Shown here: positions 40,421 through 53,529 of the stretch, piece by piece
Position numbering within the stretch: the stretch's first letter is position 1
Layout of the letters: the number at the start of each line of letters is the position of its first letter
Origin: Pecten maximus
Taxonomy: Eukaryota
NCBI RefSeq assembly: GCF_902652985.1
Contig: NC_047026.1
Location: 3,286,001-3,350,000, forward strand
Direction of reading: 5' to 3'
Length of the DNA: 64,000 nucleotides
Notes under the pieces: model-generated
What the model saw: only the letters and a program-made list of their open reading frames with translations
Told to the model about the DNA's origin: nothing
The model's database searches: none
Position numbers and translations under genes: made by a program

Positions 40421-41027
40421 CTAAATAAGCCAGAGACCTATGTTCATATTGGACAGGGATATGATGGTTGGAAGGGCTACAAAGTTTACCGACATGAATA
40501 CTTAGCCTTCTCTCATATTGAACTGGAGAGGTAGTGAACTTAGAAGTCACACATAAATGACAAAGATCAACTCTGAAATTGCATTAGTAGGCTATTGGGC
40601 CTCTTGTTTGGTACGAGGAAAACATTTAAGCTGTAAGATATGTAGAATATTAGACATGATTACGTGTTGTGTCATACACGATAGTTTGGATCCGGTAGCG
40701 TTCGATTCTCTCCAGTCGTAAGCTGGTGTAATTTATAGTGTGCTATGCATGGACGATAGTTTTATATACCCACGTGAAATATCGGGAAGGGATTAAATTG
40801 AAAGGCGTTAGTTATAGATGACCAGTATTTAATTACTAATCTATTCAGACTGATAAGGCTTATAGGAAGGCAATCATATAAACTCGTTTCAATTAATATT
40901 GTAAATCATCTTTATACTAGTATCATTCTCACTGGCATGTATCAGTTAGGGAATGGTCCTTTCAAGATGGCGGGTCACCGTGATCATAGTAGATAATAGT
41001 GCAATTTAATTATTTTTTGTTTTTTAT

Positions 41028-41298
41028 TAGGTCACCTGAGACAAAGTCTCAAGTGAACTATTCTAATCACCTTTTGTCCGTCATCGTCCGTCGTTGGGAC
41101 AATTCACACTTTCGACCTCCTATTAGAAACCGATGAACCAATTGTAATGAAATTGTGCAGAAACCTTCCATGGCCTATGGTCAACAAAATTTGGAATTAC
41201 ATGGTCCCCAACCCCTAGAGGAGTGAGCGGCGGGGCCTAAAGGGGTCAAATTGACTGAAATATTTCAAAACTCAGGTGACCGTAAAGCCGCATGGTCT
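41028..41298 (+). mobile_element. Short HINE-like element
   Basis: TAGGTCACCTGAGAC..GTCTCAAGTGA start, GTCC repeats, CAGGTGACCG end plus a weak hairpin. Confidence 0.6.
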
Positions 41299-43243
41299 TT
41301 TTTTCTCTCAATATTTCAAAATTTACTTTTTATATATATTCTATTTTGACTTTTGAATTTTGGTTGAACTGATCACCTGGCGTCAAGGTTATGTAGACTT
41401 CGATTGTCATTTATACAAAGAACGCCTATATTTTAATGTCATAACCCGGTATTACATATAACTGGTGATTATGTTTAAAGCTGTATTTTCAGATCAAAAA
41501 ATCCTATTAAAACGCCTATTAATAAGATTTTCATCTTCGTCTGTTTTTTTTTTATTAATGTTTACAGATTCACAAAGTGATTATGCTACTAATAAACAAC
41601 TTCAAAAACAGTAGATATAAGTTTGAATGAAAGAAATGTAATATACATCATCCACGAGTTTGTGAGACCTGTTTCTACCACAATAAAAAAAAAAGCTATC
41701 CCGTGACCCCCGTGTGTTTTGGTTACGATATCATCATTTGGGGCGTAAGGATACGGTATGTAGTGAAATGCCGCTAATCAATATACAAAACTGACAACTT
41801 ATTTCAAATATTTATATAACTTTATTACATTCAAAGCATTAAATCGATAGAAATATATATAACAAATAGTCGTCACTAAAATAATTGCTTTCCAAAGCTT
41901 TTATAAATAATTATTTTCTGTGTCCTGAAAATTCTTAATTCGACCCGAACTGTCACTAATAATCGCAAAGACATAAGTTTTTGTATACGGTACACCTTTT
42001 CCTGTACATTTCGGCGTTAATTTAATTACATGTAGGCACAAACACTCATATAAGCATCGTTCGGACATATATTATATCAACAGAAATTGTGCATGTTTCT
42101 GCTGTGCGAACGAAGGAATGCTACATTGAATATTCACACGATATTCACTATTGAAATACATTTAAGCTGATCACATACGTACTTTGTAAGAGCGACTTAT
42201 ATTTTCTCATCGTATAATTTAAAGTAGTTATTTTCTAAGACAAAGAACATCTCTTTTGCAAATTAACTGAACAAATATTCCGTGTTTATAATGTGCGGTT
42301 TTCCTACAAGGATTTGATACGGGAAAATCCAAACACATAATTTAATCCAATTATGTATTGATGATATGATATTCCGTCATACAAAGAACAAAATCTGCAA
42401 ATTCAGTTAGAATTCAGTACATCCGTAATGTCATATCATTTCATACATGACTGTACGCCTACGATAAATATCGTTTCAATGCCCCTACTCTCTGATGCAA
42501 GTCATAACACCAAAGTTCATTAATGACCTTCAGCGACCATTCACTATCAGATTTGAAAACCTGAGTGGGCACCTGGAGGGTAAATATACTTACCTGTATT
42601 TTTTTTTAGATTTTTACAGTTTTTCGGTATTTTGTTATGTGTGCGATACCCACTTTGAAGCTATTTTACGTTTCAAAAAGTGCATTGCCAATTCGCGCCA
42701 TGTATTTTTTTCCAAAATATACTTAACACGATTTTTATTTTAATTCTATTTTAAAGTTCATCAAGTAGAACATAATTGTGGTATTGTATATATACACATC
42801 AATTTACGTAGTTGACTTACAAAATAACAATAAATAACAACAACAAAATCAGAAAAAAATGATAAAAACTCACCATACTTTACCTACTCAGAAAATTTAC
42901 TTCAGTACTTTAAGAGAGTTTATTTATATCATTTAATCACTAGAATATTAACATTATAAATAAATGAATAAAGAAAAAAGGAAGAAAAATGGGTAAAATA
43001 TCACCATACTTTACCTACTCAGACGAATTTACTTTAATACTTTATTAGAGTTTAATTATATTTTTTAATCACTATAATACAAACGTAATACCAAAAACAA
43101 ATCGATCAAACGAGGTCAAAGAAAAACAGATTTGCATATATACCCTTGAAAAAGTACAAAGATATTTCATCCATTTCGCTTTAAACCGGATAGTATTTGT
43201 TCCGGGTTCTATTTTTAATTGTAAGTCGGTCAACCTATACCAC

Positions 43244-43306
43244 CACGTGATCACGTGCAGATAACGACAAACTGGGATCAGTGGTGTATGGAGCTGTACG
43301 GTAAGT
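43244..43306 (+). promoter_or_regulatory. Double E-box palindrome and putative exon-1 donor (GTAAGT at 43301) of TRIM copy 4
   Basis: Identical to 13092-13154. Confidence 0.5.
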
Positions 43307-43935
43307 GTCGTGTGTTTAAAACTCCGAACTGCGGTCAAACACTAGTTTGTATTCCTGGTCAATCTATAAATATCCTTCTATAGACGAAGTCGTAGGTGGA
43401 TGTGTAAATATACTCATTTTATGGGTACTATATCTTTTCCAAACCAGTTTGTGTATTAAGGTAACGGAAACCGAAAGTACCAAATGTACGTCTGACTATC
43501 AGATCTGCACATCACGACCACATACTTGACACGTTTCTTTGACCTGAAATATTGCTTGCTGCAGGATCCTACCACCAGTTCATTCATAACTGACTATGTC
43601 AATTTCTCGTGTGTATTAACCCCGTCCCCGCCCCCACCCGATCACGAGTCACACACCTACAAGAACCAATAGTTATACCCTGTCTACACTGCTGATCGGT
43701 CATCTGTCAATAATCGTCCCACCGTCGTACACACCTGTGTGTCCCTCTTATTAAGTACGGTTTCCAATTCAATTTCAAGTTATCAACGAATGTAGGGAAA
43801 TGAGTGTCACATTTAGTAAGTCCTATATTACTCGCCGTCCTCCTGATTACCTGGTACATGTAAATCTTTATCAGAAATCAATATTTGGACATGGATTAAA
43901 TATAATACTAAACTACAATTCTTCACTTTAACTGC

Positions 43936-46900
43936 TCACTATAATCCGTACGTATACCTGATCACTGTAGTCCGTATGTATACCTGATTAATATCAACAG
44001 TATGTGTATCCGAACACTATAATTCGTATGAATACCGGATTACTATAATCCGTATGTGTACCTAATCAATATAATCCTTATATATACCTGATCACTATAA
44101 TCCGTATGTATACCTGATTTCTATAATCCGTATGTGTACCTGATCGCTATAATCTGTATGTATACCTGATTACTATAATCCGTATGTGTACCTAATACTT
44201 AGTAACTATAATCCGTATGTGTGCCTGATCACTATAATCCATATGTGTACCTGGTCGCTATAATCTGCATTTGTACCTGATCAGTATAATCGGTATGTGT
44301 ACCTGATTACTATAATTCGTTTGTATACTAGATCACTAAAATCCGTAAGTGTACCTTACCACAATAATCCGTATGTGTACATGATCACTATAATTCGTAT
44401 GTGTACCTGATCACTATATACAAATGTGTACCTCATCACTATAATTCGAATGTGAACCTGATCACTAAAATCCGTTTGTGTACTTGATCACTATAACCGT
44501 AAGTATACAAATGTATCTGATCACTATAATCCGTATGTATACCTGATCACTATACTCCGTATGTATACCTGATCACTAAAATCCGTATGTGTACCTGATC
44601 ACTATAATCCGTAAGTATACAAATGCACCTGATCACTATAATCCATAATACCTGATTACTATAATCCGTATGTATACCTGATTACTATAATCCGTATGTG
44701 TACCTGATCACTATAATCCGTAAGTATACCTGATTACTATAATCCGTATGTGTACCTGATCACTATAATCCGTATGTGTACCTGATCACTATAATCCGTA
44801 AGTATACAAATGCACCTGATCACTATAATCCATTATACCTGATTACTATAATCCGTATGTGTACCTGACCACTATAATCCGTAAGTGTACCTGATCACTT
44901 TAATCCGTATGTATACCTGATTACTAAAATCCGTATGTGTACCTGATCACTATAATCCGTAAGTATACAAATACACCTGATCACTATAATCCGTATGTAT
45001 ACCTGATTACTTTAATCCGTAAGTGTACCTGATCACTATAATCCGTATGTATTCCTGATCACTATGATCCGTATGTTTACCTGACCACTATAATCCGTAT
45101 GTATACCTGATCACTTTAATCCGTATGTATACCTGATTACTTTAATCCGTAAGTGTACCTGATTACTATAATCCGTATGTATTCCTGATCACTATGATCC
45201 GTATGTTTACCTGACCACTATAATCCGTATGTATACCTGATCACTTTAATCCGTATGTATACCTGATCACTTTAATCCGTATGTATACCTGATCACTATA
45301 ATCCGTATGTATACCTGATTACTATAATCCGTATGTGTACCTTACCACAATAATCCGTAAGTGTACCTGATCACTTTAATCCGTATGTACACCTGATCAC
45401 TATAATCCGTAAGTATACAAATGTACCTGATCACTATAATCCGTATGTATACCTGATTACTATAATCCGTATGTATACCTGATTACTAAAATCCGTATGT
45501 GTACCTGATCACTATAATCCGTATATATACCTGATAACTATAATCCGTATGTGTACCTGATCACTATAATCCGTAAGTATACAAATGTACCTGATCACTA
45601 TAATCCGTATGTATACCTCATTACTTTAATCCGTAAGTGTACCTGATTACTATAATCCGTATGTATTCCTGATCACTATGATCCGTATGTTTACCTGACC
45701 ACTATAATCCGTAAGTATACAAATGTACCTGATCACTATAATCCGTATGTATACCTCATTACTTTAATCCGTAAGTGTACCTGATTACTATAATCCGTAT
45801 GTATTCCTGATCACTATGATCCGTATGTGTACCTGATCACTATAATCCGTAAGTATACAAATGTACCTGATCACTATAATCCGTATGTATACCTCATTAC
45901 TTTAATCCGTAAGTGTACCTGATTACTATAATCCGTATGTATTCCTGATCACTATGATCCGTATGTTTACCTGACCACTATAATCCGTATGTATACCTGA
46001 TCACTTTAATCCGTATGTATACCTGATCACTATAATCCGTATGTATACCTGATTACTATAATCCGTATGTGTACCTTACCACAATAATCCGTATGTGTAC
46101 TTGATCACTATAATCCGTATGTGTACCTTACCACAATAATCCGTAAGTGTACCTGATCACTTTAATCCGTATGTACACCTGATCACTATAATCCGTAAGT
46201 ATACAAATGTACCTGATCACTATAATCCGTATGTATACCTGATTACTATAATCCGTATGTATACCTGATTACTAAAATCCGTATGCGTACCTGATCACTA
46301 TAATCCGTAAGTATACAAATGTACCTGATCACTATAATCCGTATGTATACCTGATTACTTTAATCCGTAAGTGTACCTGATCACTATAATCCGTAAGTAT
46401 ACAAATGTACCTGATCACTATAATCCGTATGTATACCTCATTACTTTAATCCGTAAGTGTACCTGATTACTATAATCCGTATGTATTCCTGATCACTATG
46501 ATCCGTATGTTTACCTGACCACTATAATCCGTATGTATACCTGATCACTTTAATCCGTATGTATACCTGATCACTATAATCCGTATGTATACCTGATTAC
46601 TATAATCCGTATTTGTACCTTACCACAATAATCCGTATGTGTACTTGATCACTATAATCCGTATGTGTACCTGATCACTAAATTCGTATGTGTAACTGAT
46701 CACTATAATCCGTATGTATACCTGATCACTATAATCCGTATGTTCACTTGATCATTAAAATCAGTATGTGTACCTGATCACTATAATCCGTAAGTGTACC
46801 TAATCACTATAATCCGTATGTATAAAAATGTACCTCATCGCTATAATCCGTATGCATACCTTATCACTATAATCCGCTTTGATCTCTAATCACTATTATC

Positions 46901-47007
46901 CGTATCCCTACGTGATCCCTATAATCCGTATGTGTACCTGATCACTTTAATCTGTATTTATACCTGATCACTATAATCCGAATGTGTTCCTGACCGCTAT
47001 AATCTGT
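43936..47007 (+). repeat. 26-bp minisatellite array A4 (about 3.07 kb) with 138-bp higher-order repeat
   Basis: Direct periodicity. The variant CCTCATTAC recurs at 45616, 45754 and 45892. Confidence 0.97.
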
Positions 47008-47146
47008 TTTCACTGTAATATTTATATTCTTCAGTTAATGATATTTGATATCTTAAACTCATTAAAGTAATGATGACAAAATCACTGGCATTAAGTGTTT
47101 ATTTTTTTTCATCCTTGTACATTACAGGTATCGAATATTAAACGTA

Positions 47147-49135
47147 ATGGCTGAAGGCGGAACCCCTCACGATATTCCCGATTGTCCCGGACCTCCCAGG
47201 GAAGCCCGGCTGTTAGATTGTCCGATTTGTCTGGAGCAGTTGCACGAACCAAAGTCCCTCCCGTGTCTTCATTCCTTCTGTCAGGAGTGTCTGTCCACCT
47301 TTATCACCAAAGACCTGTCGGGGAAGATGGCGTCGGCGACTGCCTTCCCTTGTCCTGTGTGTAGGAAGATGACACAGCCGGTCAACCCGTCTGAGGACAA
47401 GGAGAAATGGGCTCAACAATTCCCAGCCAATGCAATAGTGAAAGATCTGGTAAAGGAAGCGACAATGGAACCGATGTATTGTAAACCTTGCGGAGGGAAA
47501 GGGAATACTGGGATACCGGCAGCGATCTGGTGTAAAATATGCAATGTGTTCTTTTGTGATACATGTAAAGTCGATTTTCATGATTGGATTCACAAAGAAT
47601 GTGAAACAGTAGATGTAACACGGAAGGAAGGATTTGTTCAGCGACAAGTAACAGAACAGATCCGATGTGAAAAGCATACGAAGGAGGTCGATTACTATTG
47701 TGAGGACCATCATATACTTGGCTGTAGTAGATGTATCACCATAGACCACAGACGATGTGACGAAGTGACAACGACACAGGAATACTGTGACAAACTGAAA
47801 ACGGAGTCACGACTGGAGGATCGAAAAGAATTACTACAAAAGACAATGGAGGATATCAAGTTACTCGTCAAAACATTTGGCGAGAAACTTCAAATCCTCC
47901 TAGAAGATCAAAATTCTGGATTTGACAGTTTAACAGATCTGCGAAAACAGGTCGACCTACAACTTGACGCCATGCAAAAGGACATCACAGACAAACTGGT
48001 ATCGTCTTATAAACAAGAAAAGGAAAATCTGGACTTGTCTATACAGAAATGTGAACGTCTGATGTCATCCATTGAGAATACAGTAGAAAGCTCCGAGACA
48101 GCTGTTCAGAGGAATGATAGCGTAAACACAATATTGATGTATCAGAGAGGCCAAGTAGAGATGGAGTCCTACCAGAACCTGATCACGGAAATGAGGAATT
48201 CTTTTGCTTCTGTCAGAATAAAACATGTCATCGATCCCAGTCTGGTCAGGTTGGATACGGATAGTCCACTGTCGTTAGGAAACGTCATTATAGAGAAAAA
48301 CCCAGAACAGCTCCCAAACGAAATAGGAACCACGAAGCCATTGTGCGAATGTGACGTGCAGGAGGTCGGCAAGTTCAGTATCAAGTGTCCATCAGATGGA
48401 CACGATTGTTTTGCAAATGGCATTGTTTACTTACCTGATGATCACATCGTTGTTTCAGATTGGAACAATAAGAAAATAAAGTTGTTTACAGCTTCAGGGA
48501 AATGTTTGGATGAGATGAAGGTTACTGGAAACCCGTATGATATGTGTTGTATAGATGATGACACTGTAGCGGCCGCTATCTACAATTCTGAAATACTCAT
48601 AATCAAAGTGAACCATGCAAAACTAACTTTGTCTTCCAAAATAAAACTTTCTATCGGAGCAGACCCATATGGTATCACTTACTCAAATGAGGCGTTTACT
48701 GTGAGTACTCAGACCGATGTGTATAGAGTCAGTAAGAATGGAGTTCCGAACACAATTGTTTCTTATCCTAATCGCTGCTTACACCTTGCGTGCGACCCAA
48801 GGACAGGACACATATATGGAAGTCAATTGACATCCAAGGATGGTGATGTAGCTGTATACAGACTGTCAGACGGTAAACTTACAAACATATCAAAAGTCGG
48901 TATGCTGAGGACCGCATCTGGTGTGGACGTCGACAGTGACGGCAATGTGTACGTGTGTGGGAATAGGTCTAATAACGTGGTACAGATGTCAAGGGACGGG
49001 ACAAACGTCAGAGAGCTGCTGACGTCATCAGACGGTGTAGACAGACCGAGGGCTATATCTGTGTGTGGGAACAAATTCGTGGTGACCAATGAATCAAAGA
49101 ACAGAAATGAAGTATATGTGTTTGAACTTTACTGA
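47147..49135 (+). CDS. TRIM (RING-B-box1-B-box2-coiled coil-NHL-like) copy 4, 662 aa
   Basis: Intact ORF with the same domain motifs. Confidence 0.93.
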   Translation: MAEGGTPHDIPDCPGPPREARLLDCPICLEQLHEPKSLPCLHSFCQECLSTFITKDLSGKMASATAFPCPVCRKMTQPVNPSEDKEKWAQQFPANAIVKDLVKEATMEPMYCKPCGGKGNTGIPAAIWCKICNVFFCDTCKVDFHDWIHKECETVDVTRKEGFVQRQVTEQIRCEKHTKEVDYYCEDHHILGCSRCITIDHRRCDEVTTTQEYCDKLKTESRLEDRKELLQKTMEDIKLLVKTFGEKLQILLEDQNSGFDSLTDLRKQVDLQLDAMQKDITDKLVSSYKQEKENLDLSIQKCERLMSSIENTVESSETAVQRNDSVNTILMYQRGQVEMESYQNLITEMRNSFASVRIKHVIDPSLVRLDTDSPLSLGNVIIEKNPEQLPNEIGTTKPLCECDVQEVGKFSIKCPSDGHDCFANGIVYLPDDHIVVSDWNNKKIKLFTASGKCLDEMKVTGNPYDMCCIDDDTVAAAIYNSEILIIKVNHAKLTLSSKIKLSIGADPYGITYSNEAFTVSTQTDVYRVSKNGVPNTIVSYPNRCLHLACDPRTGHIYGSQLTSKDGDVAVYRLSDGKLTNISKVGMLRTASGVDVDSDGNVYVCGNRSNNVVQMSRDGTNVRELLTSSDGVDRPRAISVCGNKFVVTNESKNRNEVYVFELY

Positions 49136-52100
49136 TCAGTAACTATGACAGTTGGTAACAGTAACAGTATTCTGATATGATCGGCCGTGAGATTTATTCG
49201 GGCCCTTGAAGCTTTTTTAACAAATTAACAACAAACTCTAGCATTCATGATGTATAACTAGAGTGGATGTAGGCCCAGGACTCACTGGTTAATCCTGCTG
49301 ATTATTGAATACAAATACAATCAATCCAGATAACACTTTGTGTAGAAATAATATTGTGTGAATGTAAGGAAGTTGAGTTCTATACAATGATGTAAGCTTA
49401 TAGAACTAAATAAGCCAGAGAGCTGTGTTAATATTGGACAGGGATATGCCGGATGGAAGGACTACAAAGTTTACCGAAATGAATACTTAGCCTTCTCTCA
49501 TATTGAACTGGAGAGGTAGTGAGCTTAGAAGTCACATATAATGAGAAAGATCAACTCTTAAATTGCATTCTAGCCTCTTGTGCCTCTTGTTTGGTACGAG
49601 TAAAACATTTAAGCTGTAGGATATGTAGGAAATTAGACATGATTACTTGTTGTCATACACGATAGTTTGGATCCGGTAGCGTGCGATTCTCTCCAGTCGT
49701 AAGCTGGTGTCATGTATAGTATGCTATGCATGGATGGTAGTTTTATATAATCACGTGAAATATCGGGAAGGGATTAAATTGAAAGGCGTTAGTTATAGAT
49801 GGCCAGTGTTTAATTACTGATCTATTCAGACTGATAAGGCTTATAGGAAGGCAATCATATCAGCTCGTTTTAATTAATATTGTAAATCATCTTTATACTG
49901 GTATCATTCTCACTGGCATGTATCAGTTAGGGAATGGTCTTTTCTTCTCATATGACCGTATAGGCCCATGGTCTTTTTTCTCAATATTTCAAAATTTACC
50001 TCTTTTTATATAAATCTTATATTGGCTTTTAAACTTTTGTTAAATTGATTACCTGGCGCCAAGATTATGTAGACTTCGATTGTCATTTATACAAAAAAAA
50101 AAAAAAACAACAACAAACAAACAAACAAATAAAAAAAAACAACAAAAAAACGCCTATATTTTAATGTCATAACCCGGTATTACATATAACTGGTGATTAT
50201 GTTTAAATCAGATTAAAATCCTATTAAATCGCCTTAATAAGATTTTCAACTTCTTCTGTTTTTTATTTCTGTCTACAGATTCACAAAATGATTATGCTTT
50301 GTAAAAACAACATCAAAAGCAGTAAATATAAGTTATAATTAAAGATATGCCATACACACCAACCACGAATTTGTGTGACCTGTTTCTACCACAGTAAAAA
50401 AAAAGCTATCCCGAGACCCCCGTGTGTTTTGTTTGGGGCGTAAGGATACGGTTTGTAGTGAAATGCCGCTAATCAATATACAAAACTGACAACTTATTTC
50501 AAATATTTATATAACTTTATTACATTCAAAGCATTAAATCGATAGAAATCTATATAACAAACAATCGTCACTAAAACAATTGCTTTCCGAAGTTTTAATA
50601 AACATTTATTTTCTGTGTTTTTTGTTTCCGCGAAGTTTAATATTTACATTAACACGGCAGTTTTTCGAGTATCAAGTCCTGAAAATTCTTAATTCGACCC
50701 GAAGTATCATTAATAACCGCAAAGACATACGGTATTTGTATACACCTTTTCCAGTATATTTCGGTGTTAATTTAATTACATGTAAGCACAAACCACTCAT
50801 ATAATCATCGTTCGGACACATATTTCATCAACAGAAATTGTGCATGTTCTTGCTGTACGAACGAAGGAATGCTACATTAAATATTTACACGATATTCACT
50901 ATTGAAATATATTTAAGCTGATCACGTATTAAATTGAGTCTTACATTTCATTATCAAGACTGACGCAGCATAACGGCGGGCGGTACAGAGACTGATACTG
51001 CTAATGCATTAAGTGTCCAGGTCGTTCTAACCGGATAAATGGAGGGCATCCACGCTAAGTTGTTAGGATTTAAAATCATTGTGGTTGAAAGACCATTGAT
51101 TTGGTATTAAGCGCTATTCCATATGACGAATCAATTTCGCAAAACGCATTATCACAGTTGAAATGACATAAAGTGCCGATGACACGAGAGCTTGATCGAG
51201 GACCAAAAGGCGCGGTGCTGATTTGAGTCAATACGTCAATCGGAACCCCTCGTCATTTTCTTACCCACGTTCGCAGACGGAGGCGAGGTGTTCCGACTGT
51301 CAATACCTATAGATGTTTAGTTTCGACGACTCTTGGAGTCTTGACTGGATTATATACTTTAGTGCCTGCATCTTTTCAGTAATGGCATTTCTGACTCGGG
51401 TAAGTTGAGTTTTTATTTATTCAATTTTAACTAAGGTAAATATAAGTTATTATATATATTTCTTGATTCAGGTAAATTGAGCTGTGTTCATTTTACTCGG
51501 TTAGTTGAACACTTGTATGTATATTTCTGATTTTGGTAAATTGAATTTCCTAATAATTTTTGACACATGTAAGATGAATTATTGATGTTTATTTCATTAA
51601 TCATGATGTGCATTAAAATAGATATTTAGATTTTATATTGCTTATTGCTGAATTCATATCGAGAACTTTCGAAAAAGACACGGCAAGAAGCAATCTCGTC
51701 TAACTGTACAATTCACTTCTTGTTGCATCTTATTTACCGTGAAAGGGCAAAAATAGATATGATCTTATAAATGCAATTGCAGTTATCGTACATGCTTTTA
51801 GTAATCATATCATTACCTCGGGAAAGGGTTGTACAAAAACGAACGGTACTTTTTTTTTTTTTTTTTTTACAAAACGAGAGATACATTAGAGGCAACAAGA
51901 AATATCTTTAGAAAATATAAACGGCATAGTTGTAATGCTGGTGGTTATAATGTAAAACTGCTGGTGAAATAAATTAGCGAACTGATGTGTTTCAGCATAG
52001 ATAACACAATTATATCAGTTTGAATTATTTTGGTGGTAATAAGACTGCATTTGAATCTGGAATATAGTTTTATTAATGTGTCATTTGAAAAGATACATCC

Positions 52101-52332
52101 ACTTATTCAGCTTGCATTCAATCTTAACTTTGTTTCGTATTAACTGCATATCTGCAATTTGCATTTACCGCTACATTGACCAATCAAATACTTCATCTTG
52201 ACCAATTACGCCACCTATCGCGTCATATCCGGGACCAAAAGAATATTAAACGGCTATGCCGAAAAATGTATTATGCTGCACCATGTAGCTGATTCCTCCT
52301 TCTAGGACGGCAGTGATTCCAAGGTATGGGGT

Positions 52333-52482
52333 AACCTGCCCAACCACGTGGGGTTTTCTCGGGTACTCCGGTTTCCTCCCACAGTAAGACCCCTCGCACG
52401 CTTCCATCCGGGCAAATAAGCGTGATTAATATAAGTTAATATAACTTGTGTCTCAATTGTTGTAAAATAAATAAAGTTGACA
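52333..52482 (+). mobile_element. 5'-truncated V-SINE fragment
   Basis: GTGGGGTTTTCTCGGGTACTCCGGTTTCCTCCCAC matches the recalled V-domain core. Ends in AATAAATAAAG. Confidence 0.65.
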
Positions 52483-53529
52483 TTTTTTTATGATTCCAAG
52501 TGGTGATACCTACAAGTAGATGACGACTGAGGTCAATGGGTCAAAATCACCATGAGAAGGTGTAATAGTCCCAGTATACAATACATTTGATAAATATTTC
52601 TGTTTTAATGAAATACATTTTGATGTAACTCGTTTCGAAAAAAAATAAAAATAAACTCGCAATATCATTTTACCATATCCTCGGATGCTTTAAGAAGTAA
52701 AATAGAATCAATGTAAAACAAAAAGAAAGAAAGAAAAGGAAAGAAGGTAATCGAGTTACAGACAGTTTACGGTCGGAGTAACAAATTACATATAACTCAT
52801 TCTATTAAAATAGAGATGCATATTTGGTAACTTTATTTTTAAATTCTAGATGAAAATGAGCTACAATATGTGTTGGACTCATGTATAAGACGAAAAAACT
52901 TTGATATAAAAAAGTCAGTAAATAAATAAAAAAGAAAAAGAAAATAATAATAAAAGATTATGATCTCTCCATGAGTAAAATTGAAAGACTGGTAGGTATC
53001 TTGAATTCTTTCAAACCTTAATTCGTTCAAAAGTACGAAGAATACATTTCTTTGTTTCAAAATAAGATTAAAAACGCGAACATTTGTACCACCGGAAAAA
53101 AGCTCCGCAGTAACTTAAGTTGAATTGGTCTCATTTCAACAACAGGCATTCGTAATTATGAATTAAATAGTATTAATACAATTACCTAGTTTAGGTCTTA
53201 ATATAATATTGTCATAAACATTCCCACAAGATAATTTTCTTTCAAATGTTATAAATTATCTTGCAAGATATTTCATATAGAACATCTATATTGCATCATA
53301 AAGCATATACATTGGATATACATATATAGTATATCATAGTATATTATATATCCTGCCTTGGGGATACGACTTTGTACATGTGATAAGTCCTGGTGTAGAC
53401 TTTAATACTTGGCGACGATTATCAAGTTTCTGTACACTATATGATATATAAAGTCTGCTTAAAGTCAGATTCATGTACTTTATATGATATATATATGATA
53501 TGCATCAGTTCAAGTTTCTTTACATTATA

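Noticed and set aside
43936-47007. RSS/Transib heptamer-like CACTATA/CACTATG in the satellite
   Set aside because: Only a partial heptamer match, with no nonamer at 12/23 spacing and no RAG-like gene in the window.
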